A stretch of 64,000 bases of DNA from an uncultured Actinomycetes bacterium. GTDB lineage: Bacteria > Chloroflexota > Dormibacteria > Dormibacterales > Dormibacteraceae. A model generated the notes under the pieces. The model was not told the origin of the DNA and did not search any database. It saw nothing but the letters and a program-made list of their open reading frames with translations. The DNA is taken from contig CAYLIP010000004.1 of the NCBI GenBank assembly GCA_964383855.1, positions 482 to 64,481 of the forward strand, given 5' to 3'. The position numbers and the translations under genes are program-made. Below, one piece after another: positions 45,166-55,035 of the stretch. The stretch's first letter is position 1, and each line of letters begins with the position of its first letter.

Positions 45166-47085
45166 ATGGCCGACCAGCGGCCGCCGCCGGCTGACAAGCG
45201 TCCGGCACCCCAAGGCGCGCCTCCTCGGAGCGCGATGCAGTCGCCGCGATTCTGGCTCGTGTTCCTGCTCGTGCTGGTGCTCAACGTCCTCATCACCAAC
45301 GTCTTCTTCGGTCCCTCACAGCCGGCCTCGGTCGCTCTCTCCTACAACGACTTCAAGGCGCAGCTGGCGAGCGGCAATGTGGTCGGCGTCACCACCACCG
45401 GGAACGCCATCAGCGGTTTGACCCGCCACCCCGTCAAGGAGTCCTCCTCAAAGTCGACCGCCACGCACTTCACGACCGAACGGCCCTCCTTCGCAGCTGA
45501 CGACCTCGAGGGACTGCTCGAGGCGCACGACGTCACCGTCAACGCCAAGCCCGAGAACCCGCCGCCGCCCTTCTGGGAGACGCTGCTGCTGAGCTTCGGC
45601 CCGACCGCGTTGATCATCCTTGGGCTGCTCTACTTCCTGAACCGCGCCGCTCGCGGCGGTGCCGGCGGCATCCTGGGCTCCTTTGGCCAGAGCCGAGCGC
45701 GCGTCTATGACCCGGAGACCCCGGGCACGACCTTTGCCGACGTCGCCGGGATCGACGAGGTCAAAGAGCAGCTGCAGGAGGTCGTCGACTTCCTTCGCGA
45801 GCCTCAGAAGTACGAGCGCCTGGGCGGCAGGATCCCCAAGGGCGTCCTGCTCATAGGTCCGCCCGGCACCGGCAAGACGCTGCTCGCCCGCGCGGTGGCG
45901 GGCGAGGCGCGGGTCCCGTTCTTCAGCCAGTCGGCATCGGAATTCGTGGAGGCGATCGTCGGCGTGGGGGCCTCCCGCGTCCGCGACCTTTTCGCCAAGG
46001 CTCGGGCCGCCGCACCGGCGATCATCTTCATCGACGAGCTCGACGCCATCGGGCGCAGCCGCAGCGCCGCGATGCGCCTGGGCGGTAACGACGAGCAGGA
46101 GCAGACCCTCAATCAGATCCTCACCGAGATGGACGGCTTCGATGTTCGCCAGGGCGTGATCGTGCTGGCGGCGACCAACCGGGGCGACGTCCTCGACCAG
46201 GCGCTGCTGCGTCCCGGCCGCTTTGACCGGCGGATCACGGTGCAGCCGCCCGACCGGCGCGGCCGCGCGGCGATCCTCCGGATACACAGCAAGGCCGTGC
46301 CTCTGAACGCCGACGTCGATCTCGATGACATCGCGAGCCAGACGGCGGGCTGGGTCGGCGCCGACCTCGCCAACCTGGTCAATGAGGCGGCCCTCGGCGC
46401 GGCGCGGCGCGGCGTGTCCCAGGTCGCAACGCAGGATTTCAACGAGGCGGTCGAGCGGGTGCTGCTCGGCGCCGAACGGAACCTCACGCTCACGCTGCAG
46501 GACCGGGAGCGCATCGCCTACCACGAATCGGGCCATGCCCTGCTGGGGCTCCTGGTGCCCGGCGCCGACCCCGTCCGGAAGGTCACGATCATCCCGCGCG
46601 GCATGGCGCTCGGCGTCACGGTTCAGAGCCCGATCGACGACCGCTTCAACTACGGCGAGGACTACTTGCGCTCACGGATCGTCGGGGCGCTGGGCGGGCG
46701 GGCGGCCGAGAAGCTGGTCTACGGGGTGGTCAGCACGGGCGCCGAGAACGACCTCCAGCAGGTGACCCAGATCGCGCACCAGATGGTGGTGCGCTGGGGC
46801 ATGAGCCCCCGGATCGGGCCGGTCGGCTTCTCAGAGGATGGCGGGACCGCTGGCGCCGGGATCCAGCGGCCCTACAGCGAGGCCACCGCTCGGGAGGTGG
46901 ACGCCGAGGTCAAGCGCATCGCCGAGGAGTGCTTCGCGGACGCCAGCCGCCTGCTGGCCTCCAACCGGGAGCGCCTGGATGCGCTGGCGGCGGCGCTGCT
47001 CAAGGAGGACTCGCTCGACGAGGCGCAGGTGCTCGAGGTGACCGGACTTCAGCCGGCCACGCAATCTGGTGTGAGCGCTGGCTGA
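45166..47085 (+). CDS. ftsH: ATP-dependent zinc metalloprotease FtsH
   Basis: Walker A GPPGTGKT, Walker [12 protein letters not shown] region, zinc site HESGHAL. ATG at 45166 (alternative 45235). The track ORF from 43555 is an out-of-frame read through mntH. Confidence 0.9.
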   Translation: MADQRPPPADKRPAPQGAPPRSAMQSPRFWLVFLLVLVLNVLITNVFFGPSQPASVALSYNDFKAQLASGNVVGVTTTGNAISGLTRHPVKESSSKSTATHFTTERPSFAADDLEGLLEAHDVTVNAKPENPPPPFWETLLLSFGPTALIILGLLYFLNRAARGGAGGILGSFGQSRARVYDPETPGTTFADVAGIDEVKEQLQEVVDFLREPQKYERLGGRIPKGVLLIGPPGTGKTLLARAVAGEARVPFFSQSASEFVEAIVGVGASRVRDLFAKARAAAPAIIFIDELDAIGRSRSAAMRLGGNDEQEQTLNQILTEMDGFDVRQGVIVLAATNRGDVLDQALLRPGRFDRRITVQPPDRRGRAAILRIHSKAVPLNADVDLDDIASQTAGWVGADLANLVNEAALGAARRGVSQVATQDFNEAVERVLLGAERNLTLTLQDRERIAYHESGHALLGLLVPGADPVRKVTIIPRGMALGVTVQSPIDDRFNYGEDYLRSRIVGALGGRAAEKLVYGVVSTGAENDLQQVTQIAHQMVVRWGMSPRIGPVGFSEDGGTAGAGIQRPYSEATAREVDAEVKRIAEECFADASRLLASNRERLDALAAALLKEDSLDEAQVLEVTGLQPATQSGVSAG

Positions 47086-47208
47086 CGGCGCCACCGAACG
47101 GCCTGGCCGGCGGCAGCGACGCGGCGACCATTTCGCAAGCGACGCGAACGCGCCGTCCAGCTCGAGTCGGAACCAGACCTCGAGGTCGTCGGCGTCTCCG
47201 GGCCGGCG

Positions 47209-47482
47209 TCACCGTCCGGCGCGAGGGTCGCGACCCGATGCCCGAACCAGCCCGGACTCATAGGCGGCGACAACAGCCTGTACCCGATCGCGCAGCTCGA
47301 GCTTGTCGAGGATGGTCCGACATGGGTCTTCACAGTGGCCTCGCTGAGGAACAGCCTTGACGCGATCTCCGAATTCGAGAGCCCCGGCCTACCAGCCGTA
47401 GAACCTCGAGCTCTCGCTCGGTGAGAGAGTCGACTGCGATCCCTGCCGCTCGCAGGCAATGCTGCGGCGTCGTCATGGACAT
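47209..47482 (-). pseudogene. stand-alone LuxR/GerE-type HTH gene interrupted by two -1 frameshifts
   Basis: Three frames carry consecutive pieces. LTERELEVLRLVGRG is followed by a shift near 47382..47385 in a G/C run, then LSNSEIASRLFLSEATVKTHVG, a second shift near 47314..47321, then ILDKLELRDRVQAVVAAYESGLV. Confidence 0.6.
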
Positions 47483-47499
47483 CGTCCGCACTGACGCCG

Positions 47500-48747
47500 C
47501 TACCCTTCCGCCCGAGATTGCTCCGCGAGCGGCAACCACAGCGTGAAGACGCTGCCCTCCCTGGGCCGCGAGCTGACGGTGATGTCGCCTCCATGCATTC
47601 GGGCGAGGTCGCGGCTGAGATGGAGACCCAAGCCGGTACCGGGAATGTGGCTGTTCTCAGACGTCACGATGCGTCCGAATCGGGTGAAAAGGTCGGGCAG
47701 GTTCTCCTCTGCGATCCCCAATCCGCGGTCCCGGACCTCGACGTACGCGCGCCCATCCTTCACGCCCGCCCGACAGTGCACGGCACCGCCGTCAGGTGAG
47801 TACTTGATGGCATTGTCGACAAGGTTCGAAATGATGGTTCCCAGGCGTTCGGCGTCGCCTTCAACGCGGATCGCGCCGGCCGGCCGCTCAAGGAAGACGG
47901 ATATACCGGATGGCGCGATCAGCCCGGCCACGTCAACAGCCTGCCGGCAGATCGTGCCCAGGTCGACGATCTCCCGCCTCAGCTCCAGGCGACCTTCGTC
48001 GAGGCGCGCGACCTCGAGCATCTGGGTGACGAGCGCGTCCATCTGGGCGGCCTTGCCGTTCAGAATCGGCAGCACCCGGCGGAGCGCGCTCTCGTCCAGG
48101 GAGCCGTCGGCGAGCATCTCGAGGTATCCGCGAATGACGGTGACGGGCCCCCGGAGCTCGTGCGCCGCAAGGTTGAGGATCCGCCGCTTCATCTCCTCCA
48201 ACTCCAGTGCGCGGTCGGCGATCGAGCGAGCGCGTCCAGCCTCGTCGCGCCGCATCGCGACGATGCGTTGGACGAACTGCCTCTGCCGGCAGACGACGGC
48301 TGCCGCCGAGGCCGCAATGTCGAAAGCTTGACGGTCGGCGTCCGTGAACCCGTCCGCGGTCGAATCCAGGACCGCCACCGCCCCGAGCTTGATATCACCG
48401 CTCTGCCAGGGCGCGACGAGCATGTCGCCGAACGGCTCGTGACGTCTCGCTTCCGGCTGTATCTGCGTGGCGCGGTACGCGTCCACCGCCGTGCGAAGCC
48501 GATCGGATGGAACCCCTCCAGATTCGCCGACCGGCCGAAGCTGGCCGGCCTCATCGAGAAGCAGTGCGCCGGCTCGCGCGCGCGCCACGCGCGCGATCAC
48601 CTTGGCGAGGCGCGCGTAGAACTCGCTTTCCGTGTCGTCCACCGGTTGAAGCTGGTTCGCGACCTCATCGACCGCCCGGCGAAGGCTTGAGGTCTCGCCG
48701 CTCATGACGCCGTCAAGCGCCGCGTTCGATGTAGAGGGGGCTCCCAT
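47500..48747 (-). CDS. cytoplasmic GAF-domain sensor histidine kinase
   Basis: The N-terminal ~170 aa are GAF-like. H-box AAHELRGPVTVI, N-box NLVDNAIKY, G-box GTGLGLHL. Confidence 0.85.
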   Translation of the reverse strand: MGAPSTSNAALDGVMSGETSSLRRAVDEVANQLQPVDDTESEFYARLAKVIARVARARAGALLLDEAGQLRPVGESGGVPSDRLRTAVDAYRATQIQPEARRHEPFGDMLVAPWQSGDIKLGAVAVLDSTADGFTDADRQAFDIAASAAAVVCRQRQFVQRIVAMRRDEAGRARSIADRALELEEMKRRILNLAAHELRGPVTVIRGYLEMLADGSLDESALRRVLPILNGKAAQMDALVTQMLEVARLDEGRLELRREIVDLGTICRQAVDVAGLIAPSGISVFLERPAGAIRVEGDAERLGTIISNLVDNAIKYSPDGGAVHCRAGVKDGRAYVEVRDRGLGIAEENLPDLFTRFGRIVTSENSHIPGTGLGLHLSRDLARMHGGDITVSSRPREGSVFTLWLPLAEQSRAEG

Positions 48748-49294
48748 GCAGGCTGCGGTCGTTGAGGAAGACGACGGGATGCGTGCCCAGGCCGCCCTCG
48801 ATGAGCTGCCGGCCCGTAAGCCGGGGCACTCCGTACGTGCAGATGATCACGGCGGGATAAGCCATGACCGCTTCGTTAACCTGCGACTCGAATTCGAGAA
48901 GCTCGTCTTCATCCGGCCACCCCTCGGCTCCCCAGGCAATGAAGCCCAGGAATCGAACGAGCTGTGCTCCTCTTTCCATGGCGGCGTCGAGCTCGGCGGC
49001 GATGCGCGAGAGGAGCCCCTCGCGCGTCGCCGCGCCACCGATCAACGCAAGGCGTCGTTCCTCCAGCGCCTGATCGACGTCGCCGTGGTAGCCGTCCTGG
49101 AGCCAGCCAAGCAGCTCTCTGTGCCGCGCCTCGTCCGCGAAGATGACATTGAAGGTGTCGCCTTCGTCGAGGCCGGTTCGAACGAACGTCAGCGTCTGCT
49201 TCACGGTCGGCTCGTCGGTGTAGTAGAAGCAGGCATGGGTGTGCAGTGGCACCACCTCATCGGACCAGCCCAGCGTCACCTGTCTTACGGCCAT
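48713..49294 (-). CDS. MEDS-domain protein
   Basis: HACFYYTDEPTVKQTLTFVRTGLDEGD..VRFLGFIAWG..VIICTY matches the MEDS sensory domain by recall. It overlaps the kinase start by 35 nt. The start is placed at 49294. Confidence 0.65.
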   Translation of the reverse strand: MAVRQVTLGWSDEVVPLHTHACFYYTDEPTVKQTLTFVRTGLDEGDTFNVIFADEARHRELLGWLQDGYHGDVDQALEERRLALIGGAATREGLLSRIAAELDAAMERGAQLVRFLGFIAWGAEGWPDEDELLEFESQVNEAVMAYPAVIICTYGVPRLTGRQLIEGGLGTHPVVFLNDRSLHGSPLYIERGA

Positions 49295-49612
49295 CGTTGT
49301 CAGGATATCCCCGGTCGGCGATCGGGTACGTGAGTCAAGCCTCCCGCGAGAGGGGTCGTGGCTCATCCTCGCGGACCGTCATGCAACCTCGTGGTCCGTC
49401 TGTACGCACCGTAGCCGGCGACGGTACGGCCTTCCGTCCAGCTCATGGATGCGAAGGACCTTCAGCCTCGGCGTACTCATCGGATCGGTCACGACCGGCG
49501 TCCCGGAGAATTCTGCAAAGAAATCCGGTAGGCGGTGTCGGATCGGGGCGGTGGTGTTCGTAGCAGGGGTGAGGTTGCCCGCATGGGGCGGCCAAGGCAA
49601 AGGAGCCACATC

Positions 49613-50221
49613 ATGAAGCTCACGACCATGACTCAGGTCACCATCGATGGAGTGATGCAGGGAAACGGCGCCGCGTCGGATGACCGCGGGAACGGATTCG
49701 AGCGCGGCGGATGGGCCCGGGGGAAGGGCGATGACGAGACCAGGACGCTCATCACGCAGACCTACCAGCGCGCAGAGGCGTTTTTGTTCGGCCGGCGCAC
49801 CTACGAGCTGTTCGCCGGCTCCTGGGGATCGATCGACCAGATGCGCGCACATCCCATCGGCGTGGCCTTGAACGAGGCCCCCAAGTACGTTGCCTCGACC
49901 ACGCTCACCGCGCCGCGTTGGAAGGACACGACCGTTCTCCGCGGTGACCTCGCGGCGGCCATCAGTGAGCTGAAGGCCAAGCCCGGGGGCGAGCTGCAGG
50001 TGCACGGCAGTGGCGCCCTGACCCGGTGGCTGCTGGAGAACGATCTGGTCGACGAGATGACTCTGATCGTGATCCCGGTGATCCTCGGCCAGGGCGCGAG
50101 ACTGTTTCCGGAGACCGGCCCGGATCTCGCGCTCGAACTGCTCGAGTCGCGAGTCGACTCGAAGGGCGTGACGATCCAGGTCTACCGGCCGGCCGGGCGC
50201 CCGCAGTACGCGACCGCCTGA
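49613..50221 (+). CDS. dihydrofolate-reductase-family (RibD C-terminal domain) protein
   Basis: ATG follows an AAGGAG RBS. FGRRTYELF..GELQVHGSGALTRWLLENDLVDEMTLIVIPVILGQG. Confidence 0.85.
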   Translation: MKLTTMTQVTIDGVMQGNGAASDDRGNGFERGGWARGKGDDETRTLITQTYQRAEAFLFGRRTYELFAGSWGSIDQMRAHPIGVALNEAPKYVASTTLTAPRWKDTTVLRGDLAAAISELKAKPGGELQVHGSGALTRWLLENDLVDEMTLIVIPVILGQGARLFPETGPDLALELLESRVDSKGVTIQVYRPAGRPQYATA

Positions 50222-50274
50222 AGTCCCTCACCACCGAACCACGCCGTCTTGAAACCACAGGAGATGATTTTCAG

Positions 50275-50598
50275 ATGCAGTACCTGGTTTCCGTGATCGA
50301 TGACAAGAGCAATCCCGGCAGCACGGACAGGCAGCCTGCGATCAGCGCCTTCAACGAACGACTGATCGCCGAGGGCTACTGGGTTTTCGCGGGCGGACTC
50401 GCGGACACCGACGCGGCCACGGTGATCGACAACCGGGGCGAGCAGGCGGTGTTCAGCGACGGGCCCTTCCTGGAGTCGAAGGAGTACATCGCGGGCGTCT
50501 GGGTGTGGGAGGCCCCCAACCTGGACGTGGCTCTCGAGCTGGGCACCGAGGCGTCGAAGGTCTGCGATCGAAAGATTGAGGTGCGGCCGTTCCAGTGA
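50275..50598 (+). CDS. YCII-related domain protein
   Basis: MQYLVSVIDD..FNERLIAEGYWVFAGGL..GPFLESKEYIAGVWVWEA. Confidence 0.8.
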   Translation: MQYLVSVIDDKSNPGSTDRQPAISAFNERLIAEGYWVFAGGLADTDAATVIDNRGEQAVFSDGPFLESKEYIAGVWVWEAPNLDVALELGTEASKVCDRKIEVRPFQ

Positions 50599-51917
50599 GC
50601 GACGTCGAGCAGGCGATCACCCAGGCCCACCACGACGAGTGGCCGCGGGTGGTGGCGGCCCTGACCAGGCGCTTCGGTGACCTCGACATCGCCGAGGAGG
50701 CAGCGGCCGAGGCGTTCACGACCGCCGTCGAGCGGTGGCCGGCCGGCGGCGTACCGCCCAACCCAGGCGCCTGGCTGACCACCACCGCCAACCGCAAGGC
50801 CATCGACCGGATCCGGCGCGAGAACAAGCGCGACGACAAGCAGAGGGAGGCTCAGATGGCGAACCACGACGACCTGCCCGAGCCTCCCGGCGCCATGGAC
50901 GACGACCGCCTGCGGCTTATCTTCACCTGCTGTCACCCAGCGCTTGGGATGGAAGCCCGGGTGGCGCTGACGCTGCGCATGGTCGGCGGTCTGACGGTGC
51001 CCGAGATCGCCCGCGCCTTCCTGGTGGCCGAGAGTGCCATGGGGCAGCGGATCACCCGCGCGAAGGCCAAGATCAAAGCGGCACGCATCCCGTATCGCGT
51101 GCCGTCCGCCGTGGACCTCCCGGCACGCGTCTCCGGCGTACTCACCGTCCTCTTCCTCATCTTCAACGAGGGATACCTTGCGACCGGGCCCGACACCGAT
51201 CCCCTGCGTCACGACCTGACCGCCGAGGCGATCCGGCTCACCCGGCTGATCCGTACCCTCCTGCCGGACGACGGTGAGGTGGCCGGGTTGCTGGCGCTGA
51301 TGCTCCTCACCGAGGCCCGCCGCAGCGCCCGGGTGTCAGGCAGCGGTGAACTGGTCTCCCTCGACGAGCAGGACCGTGCGGCCTGGGACGCGGCGCTGAT
51401 CGCCGAGGGGCACCGGCTGGTGCGCGAGCGCCTCGCGGCTGCCGCCGCCGGGGTCGCTCCCGGCCGCTATCAGATCCTCGCCGCCATCAACGCGGTGCAC
51501 ACCTCCGCCCGCGCCATGCGCGACACCGACTGGTCGCAGGTCCTCGCGCTCTACGACCAGCTCGTCCGGCTCGACCCCTCGCCGGTCATCGCCCTCAACC
51601 GGGCCATCGCAGTCGCCGAGCTCGAGGGCCCGGAGGTGGGTCTTGCAGCCGTTGACCGTCTCGAGCAGAGGTTGGCCGGCTATCACGCCTACCACGCCAC
51701 CCGCGCCGCCCTGCTGCGCCGGCTGGGCCGCGGCCAGGAGTCGCGAGAGGCCTACGACAAAGCCATCGACCTGGCGGGCAACACCGCCGAGGCCGCCTAC
51801 CTGACCCGCCGCCGCGACCAACTCCTAATCCCGCATGAGGTTGCGACATATGTAAGCCCAGCAGCCAGAAAAAGAAAAACGCCCGATCCGTGTTCGAATC
51901 GGGCGTCAGAGTGTTAA
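50595..51917 (+). CDS. ECF-type RNA polymerase sigma factor with long C-terminal (DUF6596/TPR-like) domain
   Basis: The start overlaps the YCII gene stop. Sigma-2 region PGAWLTTTANRKAIDRIRRE and sigma-4 region LTVPEIARAFLVAESAMGQRITRAK. The last ~30 codons run through low-GC DNA and a terminator hairpin. Confidence 0.8.
   Translation: MSDVEQAITQAHHDEWPRVVAALTRRFGDLDIAEEAAAEAFTTAVERWPAGGVPPNPGAWLTTTANRKAIDRIRRENKRDDKQREAQMANHDDLPEPPGAMDDDRLRLIFTCCHPALGMEARVALTLRMVGGLTVPEIARAFLVAESAMGQRITRAKAKIKAARIPYRVPSAVDLPARVSGVLTVLFLIFNEGYLATGPDTDPLRHDLTAEAIRLTRLIRTLLPDDGEVAGLLALMLLTEARRSARVSGSGELVSLDEQDRAAWDAALIAEGHRLVRERLAAAAAGVAPGRYQILAAINAVHTSARAMRDTDWSQVLALYDQLVRLDPSPVIALNRAIAVAELEGPEVGLAAVDRLEQRLAGYHAYHATRAALLRRLGRGQESREAYDKAIDLAGNTAEAAYLTRRRDQLLIPHEVATYVSPAARKRKTPDPCSNRASEC
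51864..51906 (-). terminator. rho-independent terminator for the minus-strand gene 51942..52304
   Basis: A 9-bp stem (ACGCCCGAT/ATCGGGCGT, 51879..51906, 10-nt loop) is followed on the minus strand by TTTTTCTTTTTCT. Confidence 0.65.
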
Positions 51918-51941
51918 CGAATGCTGGACGAGACGAGAGGC

Positions 51942-52304
51942 CTACTCGTCCTCGATCTGGTTGTACATGAGGCTGTCCTGGATCTCGTAGAGGAGGTCCA
52001 TCGCCGTGATCACGCTCTCCGGCCGGACCTCGACCTCGAGCTCCGACTCCGACAGGAGCGTGTCGACCGCGTTGCCGAGCGCGCTCGGGAGCTCCGTGCG
52101 ATCGGCAAGGTTGAGCATCTCGAGCTCGTTCAGGAGCCGGTCGATGTAGCGCATCTTGTTCCGGCGCGCGTACTTCAGCTCCTGCTGACGTGTCTCGCGC
52201 TCACTGGCGCTCTCGATGGCTACGTTGGCTTCGCTGAGCATGACGTTCTCTCCGCTTGTGCTGTCCCGACTCCGCCATTCTATGACCGCCCACCCTTTTG
52301 TCAA
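51942..52304 (-). CDS. small acidic helical hypothetical protein in a lower-GC patch
   Basis: The ORF has visibly lower GC than its neighbours. The likely start is MLSEANV at 52241. It has its own terminator. No family recognised. Confidence 0.5.
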   Translation of the reverse strand: MTKGWAVIEWRSRDSTSGENVMLSEANVAIESASERETRQQELKYARRNKMRYIDRLLNELEMLNLADRTELPSALGNAVDTLLSESELEVEVRPESVITAMDLLYEIQDSLMYNQIEDE

Positions 52305-52406
52305 TAAGACTATGGAGAAAATCAGGTGGCGACCGGCGGGCCTGTGCTACGCTCCGATTGGCGAGCCTGGCTGATGCCCTCCATGATCTCCGGCCGCTCG
52401 ACGAGG

Positions 52407-53030
52407 ATGGAGATCCTCGAACACCTGCGCCGCAACCGCTCGGCGAGTGCCGAGGCGATCAGCGCCGAGCTGGGGATCACCCCCAACGCTGTCCGCCAGC
52501 ACCTGACCAATCTCGAGCGGGACGGGTATGTGGTGAGCACGCCCCTGAAGAGCATGCGCGGCCGGCCCGCCCTGATGTTCTCCCTGACCGACAAGGCCGA
52601 CCAGGCCTTTCCCAAGCGCTACGGGCAGCTGGCGACCATGGTGCTCAACGAGATCCAGGAGATGGGTGGCGAGGCGGCGCTCGATGAAGTCTTCCGGCGC
52701 ATCGCCCTGCGGCACGCCGGCGAGGTCGAGCCTCAGCTCTCCGGTCTCTCCTTCGACGCCAAGCTGCGGCGGATCGTCGACTGGATCGGCCGCGCCGGCA
52801 CTCTGGCCGAGCAGGAGACCCTGCCCGACGGCTCGACGCGGGTGACCATTCACAACTGCCCGTTCCGGACCACCGCGCTCAAGTTCCCGCAGGTCTGCAC
52901 CATCACCCCCCACCTCCTCCACCGGCTGCTGGACGCCCCCGTCTCCCAGGACGAGAGCATCCACCGCGCCGACCCGCACTGCTCGTTCATTGTCCAGCGA
53001 CCCCGGCGCCGCGCTGCCCGCGCTCACTAG
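52407..53030 (+). CDS. ArsR/SufR-like winged-helix transcriptional regulator with C-terminal Cys-containing domain
   Basis: MEILEHLRRNRSASAEAISAELGITPNAVRQHLTNLERDGYV, then C-terminal NCPF..VCTITPH..HC. The start is uncertain (52326-52407). Confidence 0.65.
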   Translation: MEILEHLRRNRSASAEAISAELGITPNAVRQHLTNLERDGYVVSTPLKSMRGRPALMFSLTDKADQAFPKRYGQLATMVLNEIQEMGGEAALDEVFRRIALRHAGEVEPQLSGLSFDAKLRRIVDWIGRAGTLAEQETLPDGSTRVTIHNCPFRTTALKFPQVCTITPHLLHRLLDAPVSQDESIHRADPHCSFIVQRPRRRAARAH

Positions 53031-53694
53031 CGCCCAGGTCCGCGAGGTCGACCGGCTCTCGGCCGAGCGCTTCGGGATTCCTGTGGAATGGCTGATGGAG
53101 GCCGCCGGCTGGCAGCTGGCGCGGCACTGCCGGGGGCGCACGGCGGTCGTCTGCGGCCGTGGCAACAACGGGGGCGACGGCCTGGCCGCCGCCCGCCACC
53201 TGCACCGGTGGGGCCGGCTGCACTCGGTCAGCTGCCCCGACGTTGGAGCGCTGCATGGCCCGGCGGCGGCCGAGGCGCTGGCCCTGACCGGGGCCGGGGT
53301 CGAGATCCAGGAGCGGCCGCAGCTTGGCGGCGCCCAGGTTGTGCTCGACGCCGTGCTGGGCACCGGGCTGACGCGGCCGCCGGAGGGCGCCCTGGCCGAG
53401 GCGATCGAGCTGATCAACGCTTCCGGGAAGCGAGTGCTGGCGGCGGACATCCCCTCGGGTCTGGAGGCAGACACCGGCCGCGCGCTCGAGCCGGCGGTCA
53501 GCGCCGACCTCACCATCACCCTCGGGCTGCCCAAGGTCGGCATGCTGACCGGGGACGGGCCGCGCCTCTGCGGCGAGATCTGGGTGGCGGACATCGGGAT
53601 CCCGATGGCGGCTTACGAGGCGCTGGGCCTGGCGGTGCCCGATCATGTCTTCGGCATGCACGACCGCCTCCAGCTGGGAGCCCTCCGACTGTGA
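52990..53694 (+). CDS. nnrE: NAD(P)H-hydrate epimerase (YjeF N-terminal domain)
   Basis: LMEAAG..VVCGRGNNGGDGLAAARHL..DAVLGTGL..DIPSGL. Confidence 0.8.
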   Translation: MSSDPGAALPALTSAQVREVDRLSAERFGIPVEWLMEAAGWQLARHCRGRTAVVCGRGNNGGDGLAAARHLHRWGRLHSVSCPDVGALHGPAAAEALALTGAGVEIQERPQLGGAQVVLDAVLGTGLTRPPEGALAEAIELINASGKRVLAADIPSGLEADTGRALEPAVSADLTITLGLPKVGMLTGDGPRLCGEIWVADIGIPMAAYEALGLAVPDHVFGMHDRLQLGALRL

Positions 53695-54659
53695 CCCACC
53701 CCGTCACCTGGGACCGGGGCATCTCGCTGGTCGGGCACGACCTCTGGCTCGACCCGCCCGTGGTGCGGGCGGCGGCGGTTGTGACCCATGCCCACTCGGA
53801 CCATGCCCGCCGGCACCGCCACGCCCTCCTGACCGCGGCCACCCTGGCGCTGGCGCCCGGGCCCAGGCGGCCGCACGGCTGCGCGGTGCTCGAGTACGGC
53901 GAGCCGCACCGGCTGGGGACGGCGAGCGTCACCCTCCACGACGCCGGCCACATGCTGGGCTCGGCCCAGGTGGTGTTCGAGCACCACGGCACGAAGATCC
54001 TCTACACGGGCGACCTGAAGCTGCGACGGGCCGGGGCCCTGCCCGACACGCCGATTCCCACCTGCGACGTGCTGATCTTGGAGAGCACCTACGGCCGCCC
54101 CCACTTCCGTTTCCCCGACGCGGGAAGCGTGGTCGAGGCGCTGGGCACGTGGTGCCGGCGCTGCCTGGACGCGGGCACGACACCGGTCCTCCTGGCGCAC
54201 GCGTTGGGCAAGGCGCAGGAGCTGATGCTGGCCCTAGGCGCATACGGGTTCCGGTTCGCGGTCGAAGAGCGCGCCGTCGACCCGGCGCGCGCCTACCAGG
54301 CATGTGGCGTGTCCCTGCCCGACTGGGTGCCGCTCGGCGAGGAGGAGCCGGTGGGACGGGTGGTGATCACCCCGCCGGCAGGCAAGGAGCGCATCCGGCG
54401 GCTGCGCCGTTACCGGACGGCGCTGGTGTCGGGTTGGGCGCAGGATCCCTCCTTCGCACGTCTCTTCGGCGCCGACGTCACCTTTCCCCTCTCCGACCAC
54501 TGCGACTTCCTGGAGCTCCTCGACGTGGTCGAGCGCTCAGGCGCGCGGCAGGTTTACACGGTGCACGGCTTCACCGACGACCTCGCCCGCCAGCTTCGAA
54601 AGCGCGGTCACCGCGCCCACGCGCTGGCCGCGACCGAGCAGCTGGCGCTCGCGCTCTGA
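53691..54659 (+). CDS. MBL/beta-CASP-type exonuclease (ligase-associated DNA damage response exonuclease-like)
   Basis: The GTG start overlaps the upstream TGA. THAHSDHA, DAGHMLGS, ESTYG and a C-terminal LSDHCD..VHG. Confidence 0.7.
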   Translation: MTHPVTWDRGISLVGHDLWLDPPVVRAAAVVTHAHSDHARRHRHALLTAATLALAPGPRRPHGCAVLEYGEPHRLGTASVTLHDAGHMLGSAQVVFEHHGTKILYTGDLKLRRAGALPDTPIPTCDVLILESTYGRPHFRFPDAGSVVEALGTWCRRCLDAGTTPVLLAHALGKAQELMLALGAYGFRFAVEERAVDPARAYQACGVSLPDWVPLGEEEPVGRVVITPPAGKERIRRLRRYRTALVSGWAQDPSFARLFGADVTFPLSDHCDFLELLDVVERSGARQVYTVHGFTDDLARQLRKRGHRAHALAATEQLALAL

Positions 54660-54672
54660 CCGGGCCACCTGC

Positions 54673-55035
54673 CTACCGGGGCGCGAAGTCCCAGCCCGAG
54701 CGGCTCAGCGCCTGGCGCAGATCGTGGTTGTAGGAGGCCTCGAACCGCAGCGCGCTCAGCAGCTGCTCGCACCACTGCGCCGGCTCGGTGCGCGGCTCGA
54801 CCTCCAGCGCCTGCTTGCGCAGCCGGGCACGAAAGCGCCGCCCGGCCGCCGTGATCTCGAAAGAGCGGACGGGACCCCGGCGCAGCACCCCCCGCCGCGC
54901 GCGACCCTGAGGCAGGCGGCTCGCCAGGTAGTCGAGGAGGCCGGTGGAGTCGGGTTCGACTTCCAGCGGAGACCGGCAGAAGACGCAGACGCCACCCGAT
55001 GGCAGCGCGGGCGCCGAGCAGACCGGGCACTTCAT
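54673..55035 (-). CDS. hypothetical protein with N-terminal zinc-ribbon
   Basis: MKCPVCSAPALPSGGVCVFC (CxxC-x11-CxxC). Overlaps the stop of the upstream peptidase gene. Confidence 0.5.
   Translation of the reverse strand: MKCPVCSAPALPSGGVCVFCRSPLEVEPDSTGLLDYLASRLPQGRARRGVLRRGPVRSFEITAAGRRFRARLRKQALEVEPRTEPAQWCEQLLSALRFEASYNHDLRQALSRSGWDFAPR

Noticed and set aside
49379-49500. A possible 33-aa minus-strand ORF (MSTPRLKVLRIHELDGRPYRRRLRCVQTDHEVA) in the 318-nt gap between the MEDS gene and the DHFR-family gene.
   Set aside because: It has no convincing RBS and no recognisable motif. It is the tail of a long antisense shadow ORF (49379..50005). The evidence is insufficient.
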